From NCBI GenBank assembly GCA_937942435.1, contig CALDEM010000026.1, positions 3,529 through 67,528 on the forward strand: DNA of 64,000 nt, written 5' to 3'. Position 1 is the stretch's first letter. Every line of letters begins with the position of its first letter. Shown here piece after piece: positions 42,608 through 52,161 of the stretch. The notes beneath the pieces are model-generated. The model worked only from the letters and a program-made list of their open reading frames with translations. It searched no databases and had not been told where the DNA came from. Source of the DNA: an uncultured Saprospiraceae bacterium (GTDB lineage Bacteria > Bacteroidota > Bacteroidia > Chitinophagales > Saprospiraceae). The position numbers and the translations under genes are program-made.

Positions 42608-43042
42608 ATGACCCAGTTACAACACCCACATCAGCAAGTACAGATGCTCATCCCAGATCTACTACCACCAGATCATATATCACTCAACACCAAGCGATTA
42701 AGATTTATCAAAGGTCAAGGCGTGCTGATCTATGACGACCACTACGTAGTTGAGATATATGTACCTTATTCTAGAACTGATGACTTAGAGTTCTTTGGCG
42801 TACAGCGTCATCACGGTAAGATCGAAAACATGAGAACTTATTATCAGAGACTTCCTATCCTAAAGTACGACGATGTAAGAGTCAATAGCTCTATGAAAGC
42901 CATGTTTGACGAAGCTATGTTTCACTATTTGCCGACAGAGCAGATACCTTCTCTCCAAAGCATGTCAGAGAAAAAACAATCAGAGACTGTAGAGGTATTC
43001 ATGCATAGTACTCGACATGAAGAGTTAAGTGGGGCTGCATAA
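42608..43042 (+). CDS. Hypothetical protein
   Basis: About 144 aa from ATG 42608, divergent from the XRE-S24 repressor. No recognisable motifs. Confidence 0.4.
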   Translation: MTQLQHPHQQVQMLIPDLLPPDHISLNTKRLRFIKGQGVLIYDDHYVVEIYVPYSRTDDLEFFGVQRHHGKIENMRTYYQRLPILKYDDVRVNSSMKAMFDEAMFHYLPTEQIPSLQSMSEKKQSETVEVFMHSTRHEELSGAA

Positions 43043-43076
43043 GACCATACCTATAGCTAAATGACTCAATGTTGAT

Positions 43077-44174
43077 CTAAACAAATGTCAATAACCAACC
43101 GATCAGACCACCACCTATGATGATAAAGAAAGGACTAAGCCCCTTCCAGTAAAAGTAGATGGCAAAGCTTAGGATAGCTATCACTGCTGCTTTCCAATCT
43201 ATGATGATTGATCTGGTCATCTCATAAGTGACATAGATCATGACTGCGACGGCTGCTATATTGACAAAATCAAGAAAGGACCTTAGTGGTGGTGAGGATC
43301 TCATCTTGTGAACGATGGGATTTAATAGCCATACAAATAGAAAGGCCGGCAGAAATATCCCAAAAGTAGCTGCCATACCGCCGCTGATGCCACCTAGTTG
43401 ATAACCAATGAATGTCGCCGTACTGAGCACTGGACCAGGGGTCATCTGCCCTACGGCGACCGCTTCAACAAGGTCACTGTGGGTCAACCAACCCAAGTTA
43501 TCGATGAGCTCACCATCTAGATATGCAAATAGTACATATCCACTACCAAACAATACTGAGCCGATCTTTAAGAAGATGAGAAAGATCTTAGAAGTCTTGC
43601 CCATCGCAAAAGCCATAATTACCATGGGCAAAGCTGCCCAAAATCCCATCGTGTCCGGCTTCTTGCCGATAGCAATCAGTAACCCTAGTAGGCCTGCACC
43701 AAGGATGACTAAGATCTCATTGATACCAAACCAACAAGCTACAATCGCTAATGCTCCAACTATTATTAAGATACCACTCTTAGCGGCCTTTTTCCCTAAT
43801 TTGATAATCGCAGCAGCTATAAATGAAAGTACAGCTGCCTTGATTCCTGTTATAATCGGTTGTGCACCCTCAAGGTCTCTGATCTGATCATAAAAAATAG
43901 CAACTCCAAGGGTGATAAGTACTGCTGGAAAGATAAATCCGATACCCGCCAAAAATAGTCCTTTCACTCCCCCACGATGATAGCCCATATGCATAGTCAT
44001 CTCAGTTGAGTTAGGCCCAGGGATCAGGTTAGTCATACCCATGTAGTCAAGAAACTCTTGCTCTGAAAGCCACTTACGCTTTCTGACCAACTCCTCTTCC
44101 ATGAGTGCTATATGGGCCGCTGGTCCACCAAATGCAACCCATCCAAACTTAAAAAAGAACAAAAATATCTCCAT
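43077..44174 (-). CDS. chrA: Chromate ion transporter (CHR family)
   Basis: FGGPAAHIALMEEELV... and a second half with the GPG pattern. About 10 TM helices; a two-CHR-domain protein. Confidence 0.8.
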   Translation of the reverse strand: MEIFLFFFKFGWVAFGGPAAHIALMEEELVRKRKWLSEQEFLDYMGMTNLIPGPNSTEMTMHMGYHRGGVKGLFLAGIGFIFPAVLITLGVAIFYDQIRDLEGAQPIITGIKAAVLSFIAAAIIKLGKKAAKSGILIIVGALAIVACWFGINEILVILGAGLLGLLIAIGKKPDTMGFWAALPMVIMAFAMGKTSKIFLIFLKIGSVLFGSGYVLFAYLDGELIDNLGWLTHSDLVEAVAVGQMTPGPVLSTATFIGYQLGGISGGMAATFGIFLPAFLFVWLLNPIVHKMRSSPPLRSFLDFVNIAAVAVMIYVTYEMTRSIIIDWKAAVIAILSFAIYFYWKGLSPFFIIIGGGLIGWLLTFV

Positions 44175-44312
44175 GAAACTCCTTTACAATGATCTCTCAA
44201 ATATAGTTTGCTTACGGATATTTCAAGAGCAAATAAGGAGTTAAGAAATCAATAGGTCTTAGTTTGCGTGTCACGGTATTCGTGATAACTTTACTTATCT
44301 AATCACAACTGC

Positions 44313-45371
44313 ATGGCCATACGTAGAAACAGAAAAACCGGTCTTCCTCCTGGTTCCATAGTATATACAGGCAATCACAATGTTGAGAAGGTCTATGTAC
44401 ATCATCTTCGCTTTAATGAAGAGCAGATAGAAGATACCATCTTGGATACGCATGATCAGATCGTTTTTGAAAAAGAGAATAGGGATTATATCGACTGGTA
44501 TGATGTACGAGGTCTACAAAACACCGATCTCATTAAGGCTATAGGAGATATATTAAACATCCATGATCTCATATTAGAAGATGCGGCGGATATCAACCGT
44601 CGAGCGAAATATGAGGAGTTTCCCAATGGAAATTATCTTATAATTAAAGCGCTTAGTTTTGATAAAGAAGATTGTGATATCGATACGGAGCAGGTGACTA
44701 TCTATTTTAGAAAAGGGCTGGTGATCACCTTTCAAGAAAACAAAACAGATCTCTTTAGTGAGATGAGAAAACGCATCCACGAGTCAACTGGTAAAATAAG
44801 AAGTAGCGGGGCGGACTATCTCACCTTTGCTCTCTCTGATCATGTTGTTGATCATTACTTTACCGTACTTGATGACATAGAAGATCGCATCGAGTGGATG
44901 GAAGAGCAACTTTCTAATCAGCACCATGATAACATCAAAGAAGAAGTACACAAGACCAAACGCACACTGATCAAACTGAGAAAAACAATCAGTCCACTAA
45001 GAGAAGCGCTCAACAAATTTGCAAAATCAGAGAGTCCTTTTGTAGAAGAGACTTCGCTCAACTACATACGTGATGTCAACAACCACACCTTCCAAGTGAT
45101 GGATACTGTAGATACCTTTCGTGATGTACTCAATGGTATCCAAGACCTGTATCTGTCAGAGATCAGCATGAAGATGAATCAGATCATGAAGGTGCTCACT
45201 ATGATCACAACCATCTTTGTTCCACTGTCATTCATGGCCGCACTATATGGGATGAACTTTGAAAACATGCCAGAGCTTACTTATCGTTATGGATACTTTG
45301 CTGTGCTATTCTTTATGTTTTTGATTTTCGCAATATCACTTTTCTACTTTAAGAGGAAGAAGTGGTTTTGA
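44313..45371 (+). CDS. corA: Magnesium/cobalt transporter CorA
   Basis: YGMNF (GMN) motif between two C-terminal TM helices, with a large N-terminal cytoplasmic domain. Confidence 0.9.
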   Translation: MAIRRNRKTGLPPGSIVYTGNHNVEKVYVHHLRFNEEQIEDTILDTHDQIVFEKENRDYIDWYDVRGLQNTDLIKAIGDILNIHDLILEDAADINRRAKYEEFPNGNYLIIKALSFDKEDCDIDTEQVTIYFRKGLVITFQENKTDLFSEMRKRIHESTGKIRSSGADYLTFALSDHVVDHYFTVLDDIEDRIEWMEEQLSNQHHDNIKEEVHKTKRTLIKLRKTISPLREALNKFAKSESPFVEETSLNYIRDVNNHTFQVMDTVDTFRDVLNGIQDLYLSEISMKMNQIMKVLTMITTIFVPLSFMAALYGMNFENMPELTYRYGYFAVLFFMFLIFAISLFYFKRKKWF

Positions 45372-45512
45372 TTGAAAATATTATTGAGAAGCAAGATTCA
45401 TTTACTTCAAAGACAACTCGATGTTGCAGGGTTACGACCTACAAATTATCCCAACTAAGACCTCTACAGCATCGTGCAGATAAGTAAAATTGGCTACTAA
45501 AAAAGTTGAAAT

Positions 45513-46358
45513 TTAAGCCTTCTCCTTAGACCAGAATAAGAAGATGCGTTCAGAACTATGATCTATCAACACCTTAGCTGCATCAAGAGAAGACACACTT
45601 AAGATACCATCTACCGTAGTATGTGATTTAGCAGTGAGCTCAGAAAGATCCTTAGAGCAAAAGGGAGCGCTCTCTATTTTGATATTATTGATTGAGATCG
45701 TCTTCGAAGTATTTAGCTCCATATCGGATTGATCAAGCACAGACACAGCAGCACCCGTATCAAACACTAACTTCTTTGTCACACCCTCTATATCCAACTC
45801 TACTATCGGCAAATGATCAGCATAACTTGAGATAGACATCGATGTTATATTATAATCCGTCGAAGAGACTGTGTATGCACTTCGATCCACTATAAGAATG
45901 ATCTCATTCTTTTGATAGTCAATCTCTATGCTGTATTCTTTCAATAAGTCATGACCCAAAATCCCAGCTATAGGCCTCCCTATAACATCCTCTATATAAG
46001 TAAGATCCATCGCCCAAGCTTCTATATCTTGTCTTAAGATGCTACCATACTCAAAAGTAGTAATATCGATTTTTTCTCCTTTCTGAGATCCTTTAACAGT
46101 CCACAACTGAAAGTCTTCCATTTCAACCTTTTGATTGACCATTAAGTGAGGCGCACCTGTGTCTAAGATATAGTTGCCAGCATGTCCATCTTTGGATGCT
46201 TGGACAACTATGAGACCATCTACTAATTCGAACTCCAGGGTTATGCTAACAGCAACTTCTTCTTTCTCTAACTCCGTCCCCCAAGAGACAATGGAAAAGG
46301 CCATGAAGATAGCCAAGAGAACTGTTCGAATTATATATTTATTAAATATGTATATCAT
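45513..46358 (-). CDS. Secreted retropepsin-like aspartyl protease with two DTG lobes
   Basis: Signal peptide, then ILDTGAP and VFDTGAAVS motifs about 125 residues apart. Confidence 0.65.
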   Translation of the reverse strand: MIYIFNKYIIRTVLLAIFMAFSIVSWGTELEKEEVAVSITLEFELVDGLIVVQASKDGHAGNYILDTGAPHLMVNQKVEMEDFQLWTVKGSQKGEKIDITTFEYGSILRQDIEAWAMDLTYIEDVIGRPIAGILGHDLLKEYSIEIDYQKNEIILIVDRSAYTVSSTDYNITSMSISSYADHLPIVELDIEGVTKKLVFDTGAAVSVLDQSDMELNTSKTISINNIKIESAPFCSKDLSELTAKSHTTVDGILSVSSLDAAKVLIDHSSERIFLFWSKEKA

Positions 46359-46552
46359 TGCTAATCAACAGCATACAATCGTATGTAAACTGTATGTTAC
46401 CAAATATATCACATTTATATCAATGAGTTTACATTAAATTAACATTAGCGTGATAAATAGTTTACTTATGAATGGGCAAAATATCTTCAGGAGTCCCCTG
46501 AGACATGTTGTGATAACATAACAATCTTGGTACAACCCATCAAGCGAAGGCA

Positions 46553-46588
46553 TAAAAAAGGGGCTTATCAACTTAATTGATAAACCCC
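46553..46588 (-). terminator. Intrinsic terminator downstream of the TonB-dependent receptor gene
   Basis: Stem GGGGCTTATCAA / TTGATAAACCCC (11 of 12 bp paired), with a T6 tract on the minus strand. Confidence 0.7.
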
Positions 46589-46655
46589 TATGACGTGTTA
46601 TGATAATCCTTTAGACTTGGATATTACATCTGTCGCATACTATCTATAGAGTCTC

Positions 46656-49475
46656 TTAAAAGTCATATCCTACGCTGAAACCAAAACTTCTTGCAGGTCT
46701 GAACAATTCAAATATTTCTGAGTCAGCGTTGAAGCTTTCGTACAACTTTTGATTTTTACTATCTAAGATATTGTTGACTGATAAGCTCAACTTCACTGCT
46801 CCAATTCTTTTAGATGCCTTGAATGAAAGGTTGTGAAATGGTTGCTCATATACGTCAGGTACTCTTCCTATACCAACTACTGATAATCTCTTACCCTGTA
46901 CGTTATAGCTTAAGTTAGCTTCTAATCCCTTCTCAATACCTCTATAGCTTAAGAAAGCATTGATGATATAAGGTGATTGTCCTTGTAGGCTTCTTGTTGG
47001 CAGAATCTCTTCGCCAGGTCTAGCATTGCTTAATCTTGATTCATACTCTCCTCCTATTGATCGATCCATCTCGACCTTCGACTGGATGAATGATACGTTG
47101 GCTCCGATATTGAAAGCAGAAAGATTTTCATTTAAAAACGATAGGTTCTTACGTGCCTCCAACTCTAATCCAAGTACTTCTGCATCTCCAACATTACGAG
47201 GTTGAAACTGATTAGGAGTAGCTTCACTAAATGCAACTACTTCGATAGGATTAGCAAACTGCTTATAAAAGCCACTAACTGCAAACATCTGTCCCCCTGT
47301 CATAAAGTACTCTACCCTTGCATCAAAGTTGTTGATTTTCGTCTCTACAAGATTGATATTACCGATATATGTTCTATCTGAGAATGGATCATATATCTGA
47401 CCGATAGATGCTTCTTTAAATGAAGGTCTCGCTAATGTCTTAGTAAATGATGTTCTTACATTGATGTTATCATTGACTCCATATATCAAGTTAATTGATG
47501 GAAGGACATCTGTCACAGCGATGATCTTTTCGTCATTATAAACGACATCTCCCAAGTTGTTTTGCCCTGTGTATGTGTGATCAAATTTTTCAACTCTTAC
47601 ACCATAGACTGCCTTCAACTTGTCACTTACTTCATGCTCATTCATGGCGTATGCAGAAAGTATAGATTGAGTAGCTTCGTAAGTATTAGCTGGTTCAAAG
47701 TTTCCTACTAAGAAAGAACCTCTATCACTTCCGATCGTCCAAATATTTTCAGGAGCTAAGATTCTATTAGGATCACCATTGATGTCCAGTGAGTTTTGGC
47801 CACGTACATTGATACGGTAAGCTATGATGCTGTAATCTCTGTTTTTGATAGTATTGCTTACGCCAAATTTTACTTTAGCATCACGCTCTCCAATCAACAA
47901 CTTTTTAGAGACATCTACTTTGCCAGTATAGTTTACTTCTTCCAAGTTTCTCCATATTCTTCTTGGCTCTGCACCCTCACTTGGCTCTATTGTCAACTCA
48001 CCATCATCTAATCTAAAAGGCACTACTCTTGAATCCTTATCTTCGATTCTTGAGTAAGTTGGAGAGAGTTTCCAATCTATATCTAATCCACTTTCGAACG
48101 TATGCTTACCTGAAAGAAGCACATTACCAATTGTTCTTTCTGCATACTCTGCGTTGTCACGGATCAAAGTGTTAGATGTCCTGAGAAATGAGTTTTGCTC
48201 AAAAAGACCAGCCTTTGATTGTCCGTTCTGGATGGCAATGACATTTAAGTTAAACTTATGATTACCAAACTTTATAGCACCTCCTGCAAGTCCACTGATC
48301 AATACATTGTTAGATCCTTGCTGCCCTGCTTGAGTTCTATCTTTTTCTAATGAGAATGGAGACTCGCTATTTAAGTTTTGCTTTCTGTACGTATTGAACT
48401 GTACGTCATCGTAGAATGTCGTGTTGTTTCTATAGTTCAGTGCAAAGTTATATCCGATCGTTGCTTTTTCTTTATTGATCTGGTTACCACCAGAAAAACC
48501 AAAGCTTGTATTGGGTGCGCTCTTCTCACGCATCGTCCCTAAGTTAGAAGTAAAGCTTCTGGTTACATCTGTCAAGAAAGAGTTGTACTTATTAGAAGCA
48601 ATCGGGTCTGGGATGACCGTTGTTGATCTGATGGGAAGGCTTCGCGTACCGTTATCGAAACCTAACCAGTCAGTTGAACTTCCTGCTGCAGTGATGTAAT
48701 CATTCTTGAAGTGCATAGTAGGATTATAAGTTAATCCTGCAGATACACTAAACTTCTTCTCTTCTGGAAAATCCTTTGTAATAATATTTACAATGCCCCC
48801 TGTGAAATCAGCAGGCAAGTCTGGTGTAAAAGATTTTAAAACGATGATGTTATCTATCAAGTTAGTTGGAAAGATATCCATCTGAAGCGTATTGCGATCT
48901 GGATCTAGTCCTGGCACATCCATACCATTGAGAATCGACTTCGTATAACGATCTCCAAGTCCTCTTACAAATACATACTTTCCTCCTTCTACAGATACTC
49001 CTGTTACTCTTTTGATTGCAGAAGCTGCATTGTTATCTCCGATCTTTTTAAATGTCTGAGATGAGATACCATCTAAGAGCTGTGGTGCTTTCTTTTGGAT
49101 GGTAAGGATCGCAGCTTCGGTATTTCTAATTTGCTTAGCAGTTACAACTACTTCTTCAAGAAGTGCAGTTTCTTCTGCCATTCTTACATCCAATGGAGTT
49201 ACCTCATCAGCTGCAACGATAATATCATTTACGGTAAGTGAAGTATAACCTATAAATGAAAACTCCACAGAATAAGTACCTGGCGCTAAGCTTAATGAAA
49301 AAGATCCATCAAGATCTGAAGTGGTACCTGTCTGCGTCTGTGTCACAAAGACATTGGCAAAAGGAACAGTCTCCCCAGTACCGTCATCGATGATTGTACC
49401 TCTGATCGTTCCATTCTGGCTAACTAAAGCAAATGAAAAAAATAAAAAGAAAATAGTAATTACGTTTTTTATCAC
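46656..49475 (-). CDS. TonB-dependent outer membrane receptor with a CarboxypepD_reg N-terminal domain
   Basis: NGTIRGTIIDDGTGETVPFANVFV (CarboxypepD_reg), a plug region, a long beta-barrel, and the C-terminal ...FSVGYDF. Confidence 0.85.
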   Translation of the reverse strand: MIKNVITIFFLFFSFALVSQNGTIRGTIIDDGTGETVPFANVFVTQTQTGTTSDLDGSFSLSLAPGTYSVEFSFIGYTSLTVNDIIVAADEVTPLDVRMAEETALLEEVVVTAKQIRNTEAAILTIQKKAPQLLDGISSQTFKKIGDNNAASAIKRVTGVSVEGGKYVFVRGLGDRYTKSILNGMDVPGLDPDRNTLQMDIFPTNLIDNIIVLKSFTPDLPADFTGGIVNIITKDFPEEKKFSVSAGLTYNPTMHFKNDYITAAGSSTDWLGFDNGTRSLPIRSTTVIPDPIASNKYNSFLTDVTRSFTSNLGTMREKSAPNTSFGFSGGNQINKEKATIGYNFALNYRNNTTFYDDVQFNTYRKQNLNSESPFSLEKDRTQAGQQGSNNVLISGLAGGAIKFGNHKFNLNVIAIQNGQSKAGLFEQNSFLRTSNTLIRDNAEYAERTIGNVLLSGKHTFESGLDIDWKLSPTYSRIEDKDSRVVPFRLDDGELTIEPSEGAEPRRIWRNLEEVNYTGKVDVSKKLLIGERDAKVKFGVSNTIKNRDYSIIAYRINVRGQNSLDINGDPNRILAPENIWTIGSDRGSFLVGNFEPANTYEATQSILSAYAMNEHEVSDKLKAVYGVRVEKFDHTYTGQNNLGDVVYNDEKIIAVTDVLPSINLIYGVNDNINVRTSFTKTLARPSFKEASIGQIYDPFSDRTYIGNINLVETKINNFDARVEYFMTGGQMFAVSGFYKQFANPIEVVAFSEATPNQFQPRNVGDAEVLGLELEARKNLSFLNENLSAFNIGANVSFIQSKVEMDRSIGGEYESRLSNARPGEEILPTRSLQGQSPYIINAFLSYRGIEKGLEANLSYNVQGKRLSVVGIGRVPDVYEQPFHNLSFKASKRIGAVKLSLSVNNILDSKNQKLYESFNADSEIFELFRPARSFGFSVGYDF

Positions 49476-49494
49476 AACACTTAGTTTTTACAAT

Positions 49495-49540
49495 TTTATA
49501 AAAAGCTCATCCTGACCACGTCAATCATCAGGATGAGCTT
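49495..49540 (-). terminator. Intercistronic hairpin / partial terminator between the lipoprotein and TonB receptor genes
   Basis: A perfect 13-bp stem (AAGCTCATCCTGA / TCAGGATGAGCTT) is followed on the minus strand by TTTTAT. Confidence 0.55.
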
Positions 49541-49554
49541 ACTCTATATTTTAA

Positions 49555-50985
49555 TTAGTTACTGATAGCTCCTTTACTCATGGCATATGTCCACCCGAAT
49601 ACTGAAGCATCAGCTCCAATAGTAGCTTCTGTTACGATGCTATTGTCAGCCGCCATCTGTGTGTCAAAAGCAGCTGCATCACCTGCCTCGGCTTTATCAG
49701 CTGCTATGTCTTCAATCGTTCTATTACCATCCATCAAGTGGCTTGTATTGAACTCATTGCCTTTGATGACAAGCGCACCTGAGAAGTAGTTAGCTGATGA
49801 AGCATTATCATCTAATTCTAAATCAGCATTAGCTGGAAAATTGAAGAAGTATGAGTTCTCGATTGTACCTCTTGCTCCATCTCTAAAGTCTGCATACTCT
49901 GATGCCATGCCTTTTAACCAACCATTCTTAAGCGTGAAGGCACCTGTCGCATTAGCAGCACCTTCTGGCCCATCTATCTCCATACCGTGATCAGAATCTG
50001 GGCCTGCGATATATATGTAGTTATCTATTGTACCGGAGTAAGCTTGGTCTATGTCGAAAGCATCATCACCTTGCGCCCATACCAAGGCGTTGGTAACATT
50101 GACTGTTCCTCCAAACCACTCTAATCCATCATCTTGGTTTCCAATGACTTCTACGTGGTCCACTACTGTGCCAGATCCAACACCGCCGAAGGTGATGCCG
50201 TTGATTTCATTACCCTCTCCGATCGTAGCTCCTCCATGTCTTACAGATACGTATCTGATGATACCTGAGTTGTCAGCCGCATCATCTCCTCCATAAGCGC
50301 CAAAGTCGTCACTCGCTGGGATACCTTCTATCTGAGAAGTCAATCCCGTTTCAACTGAAATAGGTGCATAACCCAAGATGATTAATCCACCCCAAAGGCC
50401 CACTTGCGTTTCGTCCAGATTACTACCTGCGATCTGACCGCTTTGTATATTATCTCTTGCAGAAGTAAATATAATCGGCTGTTCAGCTGTTCCTTCTGCC
50501 ATCAACTTACCGCCTCTTGCTACAACAAGAGCAGAAGCTAATGTACCTTCTCCTTCAGCTCCTTTAATAATCGTTCCTGGTTCTATCGTAAGTGTAGCAC
50601 CTTGAGGAACAACTACCTTGCCTGTCATGACATATATATTGTCTGCTGTCCAAGTATCACCATCTGTGATAAAACCAGCAACCGTTACTTCTCCTACTGC
50701 ATTCGGATCTTTTATACAATTTCCATCTTCACATATCTCTCCTGATGCACAAGTGACTCCTGCACAAGGATCCTGAGTAACACATTGGCAATCAGCAGTT
50801 TTGATCTCACCTGAAGCACAAGTCACGCTCTCACATGGATCAAGACTTACACAAACGCAAGATGCTGCATCTAATATTTGTCCTGCCTCACAGACCTTGT
50901 TATCACAAGGATCATCTTCTCCACAAGAAGAAAAACCTATCGCCAATGTGGCCAGTAAAATCAAAGTTGTCAGTGTTCTTATCAT
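49555..50985 (-). CDS. Lipoprotein with three N-terminal Cys-rich repeats and a beta-helix-like Gly/Asp-rich body
   Basis: Lipobox GFSSC. DPC..V.C..G......C.C occurs three times. Then GG/DD-rich repeats (LWGGLIILG, GITFGGVGSGT, DDGLEWFGG, GDDAFDIDQ). Confidence 0.6.
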   Translation of the reverse strand: MIRTLTTLILLATLAIGFSSCGEDDPCDNKVCEAGQILDAASCVCVSLDPCESVTCASGEIKTADCQCVTQDPCAGVTCASGEICEDGNCIKDPNAVGEVTVAGFITDGDTWTADNIYVMTGKVVVPQGATLTIEPGTIIKGAEGEGTLASALVVARGGKLMAEGTAEQPIIFTSARDNIQSGQIAGSNLDETQVGLWGGLIILGYAPISVETGLTSQIEGIPASDDFGAYGGDDAADNSGIIRYVSVRHGGATIGEGNEINGITFGGVGSGTVVDHVEVIGNQDDGLEWFGGTVNVTNALVWAQGDDAFDIDQAYSGTIDNYIYIAGPDSDHGMEIDGPEGAANATGAFTLKNGWLKGMASEYADFRDGARGTIENSYFFNFPANADLELDDNASSANYFSGALVIKGNEFNTSHLMDGNRTIEDIAADKAEAGDAAAFDTQMAADNSIVTEATIGADASVFGWTYAMSKGAISN

Positions 50986-51462
50986 AATTCTTTATCTAAA
51001 AATTTAAAAGTCTGTACTGTTTCAATTCTATTACAAATGTAAAGTCGGACCGTAGCCCCAACATTACGCCAAGGTTATGTAATCGTTAAGCTCAGAAAGA
51101 CAGTGTTTACACTGGCTTAACATTGGAGAAAAGTGTGATATGTGCGGATCACATTTTGATTTGGCGCGGGACTATGAGGACAGAATATTTACCAACAAAA
51201 GATGGGAAAGGTGTGTTTTGTATGTGATTTTGGAGCTCGGGCGTTATGGCCGGGTGATGGGAGAAGAATAGGAATAAGAGAACTAAGTTGTCATAGTATT
51301 GCTTTCTCTTGATCTTTCTATTTCCTTCTTTTTGAACTATCAAGTAATCCTTGATAGTTGCCTTTTCAATAACTCACCTCAATAACAATTATTGATGTAA
51401 AGACCCATGTCGTGTTTTGCATTTTTCAAACGAATAAAAACATGCCAAAACAAAAAACCACA

Positions 51463-52161
51463 TCACATCCCAAAATAAGCCTCCAACTCCTTCAGTGTCT
51501 CCTCTGTCTTGATAAGATCTTTAACAATCACTCCTTTTTCAAGAAGGACTATTCTGTCAGATACTTCCGTTACTTGAGATAGATCATGACTTGATACTAA
51601 GATCGTCTTGTCGGCAGACTTGAGATCGGATAGTATGTTTCTTAATCTGATCTGAGTAGTAGGATCGAGATTAGCAAATGGCTCATCCAATATAATGACG
51701 TCAGGATCTCCTATCAATGCGGCTACTATACCTGCTTTTTTCTGATTGCCTTTTGAAAGATCTCTGATGTACTTCTGGACTCCACGGATCTCTCCATTGA
51801 AGAGGTCATCATAGCTACTCAGGAAAGTATTGAGATCGGCGGCATTAACTTGATTGAGCTCTGCGATAAACTTGAAGTATTCATCTGGCGTCAGAAAATC
51901 CAAAAGAAAATTTTCTGAGATATATGATCCAGTATATGACTTCCAGTGTTCTGATAAAGCGATTGCCTCATCTCCAGAATAAGAGTGACCCGTATCTGGC
52001 TGAATCAGATCAAGAATAATACTAAACATAGTTGTCTTACCTGCTCCATTGTTGCCTAACAGCCCAACGACCTCACCCGGGTTAAAGGTTAGACCGGGCA
52101 CATCTAACACCAGACTACCATCATACTTCTTTGATATCCCTTCTAATCTAATTTCTGCCAT
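51463..52161 (-). CDS. ABC transporter ATP-binding protein
   Basis: Walker A GNNGAGKTT, signature LSKGNQKKAG, Walker B IILDEP. Confidence 0.85.
   Translation of the reverse strand: MAEIRLEGISKKYDGSLVLDVPGLTFNPGEVVGLLGNNGAGKTTMFSIILDLIQPDTGHSYSGDEAIALSEHWKSYTGSYISENFLLDFLTPDEYFKFIAELNQVNAADLNTFLSSYDDLFNGEIRGVQKYIRDLSKGNQKKAGIVAALIGDPDVIILDEPFANLDPTTQIRLRNILSDLKSADKTILVSSHDLSQVTEVSDRIVLLEKGVIVKDLIKTEETLKELEAYFGM

Noticed and set aside
51149-51343. 64-aa minus-strand ORF in the long intergenic region
   Set aside because: It has no motifs and odd composition, and it overlaps hairpin and palindrome elements. It is likely non-coding.
50986-51462. Cobalamin or TPP riboswitch upstream of the TonB-dependent receptor operon
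   Set aside because: I looked on both strands for the B12 box (GCCACTG context) and for the TPP CTGAGA...ACCTGATCTGGATAATGCCAGCG pattern. I found only fragmentary resemblances (for example GGGAAAGGTG on the wrong strand). This needs a covariance-model scan before any claim.
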